Below, one piece after another: positions 21,837-33,422 of a stretch of DNA of 64,000 nucleotides. Under the pieces are notes generated by a model. The model worked only from the letters and a program-made list of their open reading frames with translations, ran no database searches and had not been told where the DNA came from. The stretch lies in assembly GCA_964019335.1 (NCBI GenBank), contig OZ025700.1:434001-498000 (forward strand), given 5' to 3'. The position numbers and the translations under genes are program-made. Positions within the stretch are counted from its first letter, which is position 1; every line of letters begins with the position of its first letter. This stretch comes from Diplonema japonicum. Taxonomy: Eukaryota > Protista > Euglenozoa: Diplonemea.

Positions 21837-23129
21837 TTAATCGTTTTCCCCCCTAAAATGGCGCACGACGGGGGGTGCCTCGAAGGGCATTGGGAAGGGC
21901 ACGCCTGCTGCATGGTACTTGTGGCGGAGTTCGTTTTTGATGTCGAGCTGGGAGACGGGGATGCCTAGGCCTGCAGCCTCGTGGGCAAGCCGTGTGATCT
22001 CCTCAAGCTGGTTGTACTTTAAGAAGAGACGCGTGAGCCAGATAAAGGCGAGGTGGTTACCAACCAGCAGACCTGTCACCTGCGCGTTCTGATAGGCAAG
22101 GACAGCTGTTGCATAAGGCGCGTCGTCCACCTGCTTGGAGCACTTCATGCATATGTGGATAACAGATGCGTATCCAGGGCCTGTGAGGGTGTGCCCCGCT
22201 AGTGTGAAATCCTTCAGAAACCCCACCATCCCCTCGTAGTCGGAGGTTCGTGAGAACTTCTTCAGTGTGAAGAGCATCTCTTCCCGACAGTCGGTCCTCG
22301 CGTCCATGCCGTCAACACCCAACTTCGAGTACAACTTCAACAAAGTCTTCCTCAAGAGGGGGTTTTGTTCAGGGTCCTGTTGGGTGGGGTTGGTTTCTCT
22401 GTACTCGCTGAGGAGCGCAAGGCATTCAGCAGGTGTGCGGCAGACAGGCATGACGAGCGCTAGGCTGACTCGACTGCGTTTTAAGTATTTTCTGTAGAAC
22501 TCGATGGCGGACTGCGGGGGGGACAGCGCGACGTGGCTTCGGAGCATGGCTGTGAAGAGGTTGTCGCTCGTCATCGTCATTCGCTTTGCTTCTGTGAAAA
22601 CAGCTTCTGCAGAGGACGCATCGTGGCAAGAGGTGTAGTATTTGATGAGAACAGCCAATGTGTCTCTGTTCTTCTTCACTCCTCGGGAGTCCATCTCTCT
22701 CAGGATATTTTTCGCGAACCCTAGCTCACCCAGACTTATGTAAATTGCAAGGACAGCCGTGTAGGTATTGCTGCCAGCGTTGTTCGCTGCCTGTGCGTTT
22801 CTTAGACCGAGCTGCACATCCTTCATGAAGCTCTTCCATGTTCCCGTCTTATCGGATGCTCTTAGGGCTTTTTTGGCGCTCATGAATTTTTTTTTCAACG
22901 CCTTGGCCACCTCGCTGTCCCCCTTCACGCAGTATTGTAGCTTCTTTTGGTTCGCAGGCGGTGTTCCGGCTTTCCTCTCTTTTCGTATTTTGACCTCGAC
23001 TGCATGCTTCACTTCGTACAAAGGAAGCTTCTGCAGGATTTCGCTCACTGCATGTTGAGACTGTTTAGTTGCTGCCACACGTTTCGTGCCGTGGCTGACT
23101 AGCTTCTTCAGTACCTCTGCTGTGCACAT
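21837..23129 (-). CDS. PPR-like protein
   Basis: TYTAVLAIYISLGELGFAKNILREMDSRGVKKN and TLAVLIKYYTSCHDASSAEAVFTEAKR repeats, with a basic N-terminus. Confidence 0.72.
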   Translation of the reverse strand: MCTAEVLKKLVSHGTKRVAATKQSQHAVSEILQKLPLYEVKHAVEVKIRKERKAGTPPANQKKLQYCVKGDSEVAKALKKKFMSAKKALRASDKTGTWKSFMKDVQLGLRNAQAANNAGSNTYTAVLAIYISLGELGFAKNILREMDSRGVKKNRDTLAVLIKYYTSCHDASSAEAVFTEAKRMTMTSDNLFTAMLRSHVALSPPQSAIEFYRKYLKRSRVSLALVMPVCRTPAECLALLSEYRETNPTQQDPEQNPLLRKTLLKLYSKLGVDGMDARTDCREEMLFTLKKFSRTSDYEGMVGFLKDFTLAGHTLTGPGYASVIHICMKCSKQVDDAPYATAVLAYQNAQVTGLLVGNHLAFIWLTRLFLKYNQLEEITRLAHEAAGLGIPVSQLDIKNELRHKYHAAGVPFPMPFEAPPVVRHFRGEND

Positions 23130-24868
23130 TTATACACATTTCGGGGGGGGGGGGGGGGGTTTGTCCTTGCATGTGCTTTCCATGAGGGAGAACTAAATTG
23201 GAAGGGGGAAAACAGGAGAGAAAAAAAAGGAGGAAAAAAAAAGAGAAAAAGCAAAATGGGTGTGGAATGTGGAGAAAAAGTATAGTAAAAGAGAGGAGGG
23301 ATGGGAAAATGAAGGGAGGCAGCGGGCGGGGGGGGGGGGGGGGGGGAAGAAAGGGGGAGAGGGGAAAAAAAATAGCGATAGTTTGAAGGGGGAAAAAAAA
23401 GAAGAAAAAAGGAGGAGTAAAAAAAAAAAAAAAAAAAAAAAAGGTACGAGAATATGGAGTGGAGTATGGGCTGAAATCAAAAAAGTGAGAGAGAAATAAA
23501 AGGGTAAAAGACACTTGACAGTACACAAAAAAAAAAAAAAAAACACAGAAGAGAGGCTGGGGAAACTGTTTTTTATTTTTATTTATTTTTTTTTTTTTAC
23601 AGAAAATAAAAAAAAACGGAGAAAATAAAAAAAGGGGGGAAAGGAGAGACGGTGTAATGGTACGAAAAGAAGTAGTCGAAGTGGGCAGGAATAAATAAAT
23701 TTAAAAAGAAGGGATACAGACGGTGAGAAGAAGAATTCATTTTTTTCTTTTTTTTTGTTCCCCCCCCTTTCTTCCCTTCTCATGCCCCTTCGACGGCACT
23801 TCCCGTTTCAAATACCTTATTACCGCATTTTTTTTTTTTTTTTATTGCCTGGCTGTGGGAGAGTGGCCTCTCCCCCCTCTCCATACCTCCCGTGAGGATT
23901 TTTAAATTCTGGGCAAAATAAAAAAGGGGTGGGAGACGACGGGGGGGGGACACTAGATTGGTCCCTTAAACAGTGTATTAATCACCAGTAGTAGATTTTT
24001 TTCCCTCTATGACTATTCGTAGATCGACAAATTGGGTGCAACATCACCCTAAATTGTTTTCAACAGAAAGAAAGAAAAAAAGAGAGAAAAAAAAAAGGGG
24101 GGAGAGAAAGGGATAAAGTAAGAACTGACTACTTGTCTAGGGAGCAGCCCCCTATTGTTTAAGATTTTTTTTTTTTCCCTTCCATCAGTTGTTAATCCTG
24201 TATATACGGACCCCTTCATAGCTGGATCGCAAAAAAAAAAAAAAAAAAACGAGAAAAAAAAAGAAATACAAAGAGGATTGAAAAAATTGCAACTGGCAAT
24301 CAATTGTTAAAACACACACACACACACACACAAAAAAAAGAAATAAGGAAAGGTAACAAAGGGGAGGATGGTACACAAAAAATGAGAGAGGAAAGGAACA
24401 TCCCCTCCCATATATTTGTTTTTTTTTTTAATTTATTGTCCAGTTTTAGCCCCCACCTTTCCTTATTTCTGGTTTTGTTGTTGTAAGAGCGGGTTTTCAC
24501 TGTCTTTTTTTTTTTTTTAAAATATTTTTAAAAAAAAAAATATAAAATAAAAACCCCTTTTCCCCCCATCATGTTGCCGGCATGTGTTATGGGAACTTAG
24601 TGCGGTTATATCGGTAAAAAAAAAAGGAGGAAAAAAAAAAAAAAAAAAGAGAATTAAAGTAAAAGGTCTTTCGGTAACAGAGAAAGTCCTTTTTTTTGTG
24701 TTTCTCACGCATTTTCTTGGTTACCCACCTTTCCCCCTTTTTTTCTCCCCACCCCCCTCCCTTCTCACTACGAGTTGCTTGCAAAAAAAAAAAGGTTTTT
24801 TTTTTTTGTTCCCCGTTTTTTTTTTTTTTATTTCACTCTTCGTCATTTTCTTCACTCACTATGGGCCT

Positions 24869-25375
24869 CATTATTTAACGCGAAATGGCCATTATTTAAC
24901 GCGAAACGGCCATTATTTAACGCGAAATCGCCATTATTTAACTAGTTAAATAATGAGATTTTGCAGTTAAATAATGGCCCTTCAGAGTGAAAAAATGGGT
25001 CTTGTCGTGGAAAAAAATGCACCCAACCCCTTGAAAATTTTTTTTGGGGTGGGGGTATTTTGACTATTTTTGGCCATCTGAGGCCATTCCAGCCCTTAAA
25101 AGTGGGAATAAGTGCCTTACTTCCCCTTTAAATGCCACGGCGAAATAGCTACCCTGTATTACCTTAGGAAAATCCCCAAAAAGCTGACCTGCGTGAAAAA
25201 AAACAGCAGTGAAAGCAGCGAAGAGTGAGTGACTCAAATGACGAAAAGTGAAATAAAACGACTTACTTGCCGCCAAATGAGCCATTATTTAACACTCGTT
25301 ACCCGTTTTTTTGCACTCGGGCCCTGCGGGCCCTCGTGCAAAAAATTCGGGAACTCGAGTTAAATAATGACTCAT
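24869..25375. repeat. Phased CATTATTTAAC repeat array plus long terminal hairpin; putative non-autonomous mobile element
   Basis: Motif at 24869, 24890, 24911, 24932 (direct), 24945, 24966 (inverted), 25283 (direct) and 25359 (inverted). Imperfect ~100-nt hairpin at 25276-25375. Confidence 0.75.
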
Positions 25376-26636
25376 TATTTGTTGGCAATAAATAGTTATT
25401 TTTTTTTCCATCGCTCCTGAGGGAGAAGCCTCACTGGTGCCAATGTGCGTCACCAGAACCTCCCATTCGCTCTCCCCCCCCCCTTTTTTTTGAAAAAAAG
25501 AAAAAAAGGGGGAAAAACAGATGGAAAAAAAAGAGGGGAAAAAAAAAAGAAAATTAAAAACTTATGACTAATCCCAGTATTTTTTTTTTAAAGAGGGGTG
25601 GGGAGAGGGGGGAAACGAATGGAAAATAGAAGGGAAAAAAAAAGAAAAAAAAAAGAAAAAAAAAACAATAGTCGTTTTTCTCTCTAGTGCGCATTGGCCT
25701 CGCGCAGCTTCTGAAATAAAAAAAAAATAGATATTTTATCCACCGCCGAATAGTGAAATTTGTGTCACTTTCTTGAATCATAAAAAAGAAAAAAAGTTTT
25801 TTTTTTTTTTTTTTTTTCCTTCTTTATATTTCAAAGAGAGTTGACATAATTCCTTTGGGCACAGTGCATAAAGATGGGTTTTTTTATTTCCCCCCTCCCC
25901 ACCCTCAAGAAAAAAATTTTTTCAACTTCATTTAGTAAAGGACCCGATGGTGTGAATGTCCTCCAGACCTTGGCATAATCCTTACAAACAAGCCATGCGA
26001 CTCGAAGGGGATCAACCAGGTTTCTTGTCACTGCTATCCCCGATGGTTTACCGAGGTGTCCCATCATGAAATATGTGAGAAGACCCTAAGAGGGGGTTGG
26101 TAAAGAGAAAAAAAATTTGGGAGGCGGGTGGATGAAGATAAAAAAATTAGAGGGAGGGGGGGGTGAGATAAAAATAAATTTCAAAGAAAGAAAAGGTTTT
26201 GTGGAGTTGTGTGTGTATAAAGAGAAAAAAAAAGAGGGGAAAAAAAAAAGGTGGAAGGGGAAATCACATAGCTCAGACAAGAGAAAATAAAAAAGTCCTT
26301 TTGAAAAAAGCATACCTCTGTGAGGCTCTCTCTATTGTCTGCTAGCGGACAAAACCAAAATAAAAAAGGAGGGGGGACAGTGTGTGTGTGGGGGGGGGGG
26401 GGGTATAAAGAGAAGTTAAAGATAAGTACTTTGGTGCTTTGGTTTGTATTCTGTACAAGCGATTTTGTTTGGTCCAATATTTTTTTTTTTCTCTCTCTTT
26501 TTTTGTTTTTTGTTTTGTTTGACATATAAAAAAAATGATCTGTTTAGCTGTTGCACCTTTAAAAGGCATCAGTTTTTTTTTTTCTTTTTTTTTTTTTTAA
26601 GTGGGCACGAGAAAGAAACCGGGGGAAAGAAAAAGG

Positions 26637-26669
<33 letters not shown>

Positions 26670-28636
26670 CAGTATTGTCAATCGTTCCCAGCACCTAAAT
26701 ATTAGCTAAGCAGAATCATTACGATATAAGTAGGAGGTATTTTTTTTTTAAATAAAATTTAATATGGTACTTTTTTTTGTGGGGGGGGGAACACTTTTTA
26801 CATAAGAACCCAAAATACTGAAATTCACTCAGTGCCCCAATAAAAAAAAGAAAGAAATCAGAGATTTTTTTTTTCCCGTTGTACTGTTTCTTTTTTTTTT
26901 TAAAAGACACTGAGTGAATTTTTTTTTTTAATTTTTGGTTTTTTTTTAAATAAATAATCAGAAGAGAAAACAAAAAAATCGAAAACGAAAAAAAAAAAAT
27001 ACAGATTGCGTTGTTGTGTGTGGTGTGCAGTTCCCCCCCCCCCCCCCCCCCTCCTCTCTTCAATTTTTCCTGCATGAGGAAATATAGAAATTAAAAAAAA
27101 AATCGAGGAAAAAAAAAAGAAAAGAAAAAAAGAGTCACTACACTTAGACTTGCGGTGACAAATAAATTAAAAAAAAAGGGAATAACGGAGGGGCAACGGA
27201 AAGAAAAAAAAAAGAGGAAAAAAGAGATGAGATAAAGGAGGTTCCTGTTTTTGGAGAGTCCCCCTTGTCTCTACTTATCTACCTCGAGAAAAAAAAAACG
27301 AGTGAAGTCAAGCAGGCAGTAGATTGTCCCTCAAAAAAAATCCTTTTCTTTTTTTTTAAGAAAAAGAAAAAAAGAAAACAATTAATTTGGATCGGTCGGA
27401 GGAGAAGAAAATAAAAAAGAAAAAAAAAGAGGAAGAAAAAGAAAAGGAAATAAAAAAAATAAAGTTAAAGAAGACCGGTCCGGTCCCTGCTATAGTTTAC
27501 ATAAATCCTTTTTAGCTTCCTCCCTTTTTAAAAATCACTTCCAGTTCTCCTCTCAATGAAGTTTTTTTTTTTTCTTTTTTTTTTTCTTCTTCCAGAGACT
27601 CGTGCCAAGCCATAAAAGATACGATTTTTTTTTTAATTTTTCTCTAAGACCCTCCAGCTTTCATCGTTAGAATAAGGAATAAAAAAAAACACAAAAAAAA
27701 AAGAATAAAGAGTTGAGTTTTTTTTCTTTTTTTTTTTCCTTTTTTACGAACCGGACGGGGCGAAGGGGGGATAAAAAGCAAGAAGGAAAAAAAGGGGGAG
27801 AAAAAAAAATTTCAGCCCAAAGAACACAGAAGGGAAATCACCGTGAGAAATAGGAGGGGGAGAAAAAAAAAAGAAAGAAAACAGAAGGGGTGGGGAAGGG
27901 CAGGAGGACATGAAATGGAAAGGGGAGGGAAAAAAAACGGTGAAGAAAGGGAAAAAAAAAAGAGAAAAAAAAAGGTAATGCGGGAGAAGAAGAAAAAAAA
28001 AGAGTATTCCCCTTATTACTTTTTCTTTTTTTTTTTTTTTTTAGATTTTCCCTCTTATCCTGCTTTCCGAAATTTGAGGGGAGGGGAAGACCAAAGACAA
28101 CTTCATGCAACAAAGTAGAGGAACGAAAATAAAGGGCAGGCCTTGTGGGAAGGTCGAAAAAAAAGGGGGGGGAGGATAAAGTACCAATCACCCAACTGTG
28201 TAAAAAGTATATTTAGTTAATTTTTTTTCTTCATTTCTTCTTCTTTCTCTTTTTTTTTTTCTCCCCCCCAGGGAGTCTCTCTGAGTCATCAGTGGAACGG
28301 AAAAAAAACGGGATTTTTCACCAGAGTTTGGGAACTTTTTTTTTTTTTTTCCTTTTCACCTCTTCATTGATGACCCACCACATTACGTCAAAAGGTAAGT
28401 TGTAGGCAACCAGAAATGTGTAGGGAGACCCTGCCTTGGGGATTTTTTCTTTTTTTTTTTTTCCTTTTCACTTGAAAAAAAAAAGAGAACTTTCTTTCTC
28501 TGCTTTTTTTTTTTTTTTTTTTTTTTTTAGGCGTCCTGTCACATACCGCAGGTACCCTTAAATGTCTCTTTTTTTTTTCTCCCAGTTTTTTCTTTTCTTT
28601 TCTTTTCTTTCCCCCCTCCCTTTATTCCTTTCTTAA

Positions 28637-29672
28637 CCCTTATGCGGCCGGGGGGGTCTAATTGATTTTTGGATTTTCTTGATTTTGGGCTCTTGTTGGC
28701 ATGGATCGAACACACTGAAGGCTTGGGGTTATTTCTTGATTCGAGGTACGCATTTGAAAGATATTTGAAATCTGCATTCATTCCACTACCACCGTTTCGA
28801 TTTAACCTCTCTTCGGAATTTGGCAAGCCCCGCATCGCAGGCACCCCCATGTGCCTATTATAGAGATCAGCAAGATACGGGCGTTCGTATGTGACCTTTC
28901 GTCCGAGGGATTATCGAAACGTGTTCTTGAAACTGCTGCTTCGTCTAGGTAAAGTAGATAAAGGCGCACGCCTCGTCGGCGACCAAGCAAGGTAGACCAG
29001 ACCAGACTTGTTCTGATATGTCATGCTACCTGCTTCCATGGCACTCACGTCGGGTGGATCCCTCCGGTTTTTTCGGACCGTTCCACAGCAGTGTATTCCC
29101 ACTTCTCTCATTTCGCGGAAGAGCCGAACACTGCTATACCAATTGTAATGCAATAAGTGGTAACCTTTGTCCTCATATGCAGAGAGGAGCTTTCTTACAA
29201 CAGCCTTCGGTGTTTCCCCTGCAGGTGTCGACCTCTGCCTTCGTACACCATTATGTCGAGGCAGTACCGTGATGGAGGCTTCCTCTTCTTCAATATCTTC
29301 CTCTTCCTCTTGTTCATCACCCCTCGTCAGAAGTAGGTGTCTCGTCATCGCTAAACAGGTCCAAAAAGCCTAAATGAGGCTGGGGGCTGCCCCCAATACG
29401 TTCGTTGTGTGCTGGCATGTTGATTTTAATAGGACTACAAATGGCCAAAAAAACACCCGTTTTTGGGGTGGCACCCGGTGTCTCGGTACCCCCCTTTAGG
29501 GTTGAAGTTATGAAGTTTCAGATGGATACAAATAGCGCATTTAACGCAGATTTTAAATATCTTTCCATTCCATCTTTTTTCCATGAAAACCGGTCCAAGA
29601 CTTTGGTTTGAATGGACCCGAGAACACTACACCTATTATCTACTCAAATATGAGTAGTTGGCCGCATAAGGG
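28637..29672 (-). mobile_element. Non-autonomous piggyBac DNA transposon (1036 bp)
   Basis: TTAA TSDs at 28633-28636 and 29673-29676. Perfect 13-bp TIRs CCCTTATGCGGCC / GGCCGCATAAGGG. Subterminal inverted repeat aaagatatttgaaatctgc (~28758) / gcagattttaaatatcttt (~29547). Internal transposase remnant. Confidence 0.93.
28985..29220 (-). pseudogene. piggyBac transposase (DDE_Tnp_1_7) fragment
   Basis: VVRKLLSAYEDKGYHLLHYNWYSSVRLFREMREVGIHCCGTVRKNR...LVYLAW matches the PGBD G-Y-H-x(3)-DN(W/F)YTS...GTVRxNR core. The catalytic D is replaced by Y and the rest is deleted. Confidence 0.85.
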
Positions 29673-31085
29673 TTAAGTGAAAGGCAGAAAAAAAGGCAAG
29701 AATTTTTCTAAGAGAGAAACCCATCACCCCTAGTGTTAAGAAAAAAAATAACCCCCCTCCTTTTTTTAAAAAAAAGTGGTTCTCAGAGGACTAAAAACCC
29801 CCCTCCCCCGATTTGTAAATCACTTTTAAAGGCTTTGCAACTGTTGTTGAAGAATGTTTTTTTTTTTGTTTTTTTTTTTGTTTTACTTTATTTTTTAAAA
29901 TACTTTTTTCCTCTGCAAATAACGAGGGGAAAAGGTGGGCAAATGGTGGACGGTGGGGGGGGTGGGGGGTTTCTGTTCATTTTCTTTCGGTCCACACGCT
30001 AGAATAAGTTAAAACAGCACAGAAGAGAAAAAGGGGGACTTGAGAAGGGGGTAAAAAAAAAAAGAACAGTAATGTACCCTATTTGGCTGGTTTTACATTC
30101 CCCAAACAGAAAAAAAAAAAAAGGAGGGGTAAAAAAACTCGATTAAATTTCAGTGTGCATGGGGGGTGCTCACTGGAAAAAAAAAAAAAAAAATACCAAG
30201 CGGTGGACAAGTGGGGAAGGATGTGTTTTTTTTTCTTTTTTTTTTTCCTCTTCTTTTTTTTTCTCTCCCTATTTCAGAAGGGCTGGCATCACCAGGTGGC
30301 AGGTTCAGGTTTTCTTTTTTTTTTCCTTTTTTTTTTCTTTTTTTTTAATTCGGTGCAGCTGAGTTTCCGAAGCACGTATCGGTTTCTTTTCTTTCTTCCC
30401 CCTTCTTCTTGATGACAGGAAAATTTAGAAGGGCATTTCGTATTTCGATAACAAGAGAGACACAGGTTACTTCTGCCAACATGTTACCCCCTCTCATGTT
30501 TTTTTTTTTCTTTCTTTTTTTTTTTTCCTTCAAAACCAAACCCTGTTCATCATATTAAAGAGAGAGAAAAAAAAGTGGGTACTTTGCCCGCTTTTCTCTT
30601 TTTTTTTTCCGTACTTCCCCTTCAGCTCTATGTGTAGCTTTATTTTATTTTTTTTATTTTTTTATCCTCTCCATGTTTTCTTTTTCATTTTTAATAAGAC
30701 CCTCTCTAACTTTCTTTTTTTCTTCCAGCAAAAAAAAGGGGAGGGGGGGTGAAAAACGTAAATAACATACCAGCAGGGATAACCATGTGGGCAATGAAAT
30801 CAGGTTTTTTTTTATTCGCTTTCAAAAAAAAAAGAGGGGTGTTTTTATGTTTTTTTTCCCTTTTTTTCTTTCTCCCTTTCCTTTCCTCCATTTCTTTTTT
30901 TTTTCATTCTCTAGTTTCAATCTCCTCACATTTCTTTTCTTTTCTTTTTATTCCCCTCCCCTTGCTTCACCGCAGAACCCAGCAAAAAAAAAAAGTTTGC
31001 AAGTTACTGTGTTAAAATATTGCCGGGACGGTCAAGAGGGAAGATAGAAATTAAAAAGAAAAAAAACAAAAAAGAGGAGAGAAGG

Positions 31086-31131
<46 letters not shown>

Positions 31132-31421
31132 TGGAATTTTGTGTAAGTGACTTTTTTCTTTTTCTTTTTTTTTTCCCATCCATTTTCGTTCAGAAAAAAA
31201 AAAGGAAAAAAAAAAAAAAAAGAAAATAACCTTTCGGGTGTGGTTGTTTTGCACCCAGCAGTACTTTTATTGGCCTTAATCGGGGTAACATAAAAATCTG
31301 CCTGTGCACTCACCCAGCGATGCAGGTTTGCATTCTATGGACCTAGGCAGTCCGATAACTAGGAAGGGCTCTGTGATGAGGGCGTGAAGTGTCAGCAACT
31401 CAACCTCGCCACAGAGCGAGG

Positions 31422-31483
<62 letters not shown>

Positions 31484-32484
31484 ACCTTGAGGCACGTTGT
31501 ACAAGAAGGACTGTTTGTCCTTCCACGGTGTACCTGGGCATTTGTGGTATTCAGAAAAAAAAAGAAGAAAAAAATCGAGAAGTAAGGGGAGCGAAATCTT
31601 GTTCATGAGGTTAAGTCCCGCCTTAAATCTTTCATTTTTTTTCTTTTTTTTTTTCGCAAGCCGCAGAGAGGGAAGGAAAAAAAAAAGAGGAAGGGGGGGA
31701 GGAAATTTTGAAAGAGATATTAGAGCGTGGCAAAAGAAAAAAAAGAGGGGGGGGGAAGAAACAAACAAATTTAAGAAATGGAAATTCTTTGAGAGTTTAG
31801 TGTCTAAGTTACATTGCTGGGGACTACCTTGTGGACATTTTTTTTTTAAAGAAAAAAAGATTCTTCGTTTAGTTAGTTTAAAGTCATTCTCAAGAGAGTG
31901 ACAGAAAGTTTATTTTACTCTCCTTAAGTTTACTTCGTTCACTTCCTCTCACATTTTGGCACCAAATTTAAACGAAAAATCAGGTCAACGGCCAACTTTA
32001 AAAAGCAAAATGGGCCCGGAGTGGAATAAAATTGGGGTGCAGTGATTGATATTAAGAGTGCAATAAACCATAGGAAAAAAAAATGTGCTCCACATTCCCT
32101 CTTTGCTTCGCGCAAGCGCGGCTTTTATTGAAAGCCTTTTGTTTAATTTGTTTTTTTTTTTTTAATTTTAAAATCTCTCGCTTGTATCTTATTCTAGCTG
32201 ACATGAAGGTGAGAGTAGACCAAAAAAGAAGAAAAGAAAAAAGAAAAAAAAAAGGAGGGGAGAAAAAAAAAAAAACCTCACTTGGTCTAGAGAATGCTCT
32301 TACAATTACGAACCCCCACCCCTCCTCCGGCCTTCAAAAAAAAAAAAGAGAGGGGGGTAAAAAAAATAAAATAAAGGGAAGAGTGTTTTGAAAAAACTTT
32401 TGTTGCAGTTGTCAATGGGGGTGGGGGGAGAAAAAAAAAACACAAAAAAAAAAACTAACTGAATAAGGGGGAAAAAAAAAATCA

Positions 32485-33186
32485 TCAATAACAGTAGTTA
32501 CTGTTGACCACAGAAGAGGAGTACCAAATGTTGACGGGAGGCGAAGTAGGGTATGCGGTGTTGGGGTAGTGGCCTGGGTAGCTGTGGGAGGTTTCATATG
32601 AGGTATTTGAGTACTGGGAGATGGCATCGTCGTGCTGCTGCTGCTGCTGCAGGCAGTAGTATTGTTGCTGTTTGAGCTGCTCAGCTGTTTGGAGGGAGAG
32701 CGGGGCGGGGGGCGGGGTGCTGATGTAGAACTGAGCGTCAACGGCGGCGTAGAAGGTGTCGTAGTCTTCGACTTCAATGTAGACATCGAACTCTATCATG
32801 TTGAGGAACAACCTCTCCAGCTCGTTGAACTGCTTGAGGTCGACGCCCCCCGCCTGTGCGTAGTAACTGTTTGCGTAGTAGAAGTCGCTCCTCGTCTTCA
32901 CCGACACCACCAACGCGACCAGGAACATCCGGTGGAAGCTCGTCTTGCTCAGCCTGCACTCCGGGTACCTATACACCAACCTGTCCAACAGCATCACAGC
33001 CATCACCACGTCCTCCTCCTGCGTCGCACAGTACTTCAACAACCTCAACGTGTACTCCCTCACCGTAATCGCCGCGTTCCCCTCAAACGGGTTCTGCACA
33101 TTCCCCTCCACCCCCTCGCTGTACATCTCCATCATCGCCACCATGCCCTTCGCGAAGCGCGGACACACAGTCGATTTTGCCGTCAT
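32485..33186 (-). CDS. PHO80/U-type cyclin, copy 1 (polyQ, Tyr-rich tail)
   Basis: ITVREYTLRLLKY...AVMLLDRL...SFHRMFLVALVVSVKTRSDFYYANSYYAQAGGVDLKQFNELERLFLNMIEFDVYI. ATG 33186 follows an A-run. Confidence 0.9.
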   Translation of the reverse strand: MTAKSTVCPRFAKGMVAMMEMYSEGVEGNVQNPFEGNAAITVREYTLRLLKYCATQEEDVVMAVMLLDRLVYRYPECRLSKTSFHRMFLVALVVSVKTRSDFYYANSYYAQAGGVDLKQFNELERLFLNMIEFDVYIEVEDYDTFYAAVDAQFYISTPPPAPLSLQTAEQLKQQQYYCLQQQQQHDDAISQYSNTSYETSHSYPGHYPNTAYPTSPPVNIWYSSSVVNSNYCY

Positions 33187-33422
33187 TTTTTTTTTTGTTT
33201 TTTTTTTTTTCCCTGATTTTTTTTTCTCCGGGTGTTGGAGGGTGGAAAAGAATAGAAGGTAAGAATCAGTAAAAAAGAAACGAGTGGGGGGGGGGGGGGG
33301 GGGGGATGAGCAGCCTCGGAAGCGCTTCCAATGGTAAAAGGGATATGATGCCAAAGGTATGTATTAGGGGGGGGGGGGGGGGGGAACACTGAAGTGTTGT
33401 TGTTGTACATATTCAAACTATC

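Larger units (their letters stand above)
23130..32480. other. Gene-free homopolymer-rich (A/T/G/C runs) low-complexity region
   Basis: ORFs here are only poly-F/poly-K artefacts, and A runs reach ~60 nt (31422-31480). Confidence 0.85.

Noticed and set aside
31258-31275. GTACTTTTATTGG resembling the spliced-leader 3' end
   Set aside because: Only a short imperfect match, with no rest of the SL exon and no GT donor.
31369-31418. C/D snoRNA, SECIS or hammerhead (gtgatgag)
   Set aside because: No D box, no 3' GA quartet partner, no CUGANGA/GAAA core, and it is on the non-coding strand.
23130-32480. Dozens of short poly-Phe/poly-Lys ORFs
   Set aside because: These are translations of homopolymer runs with no coding signal.
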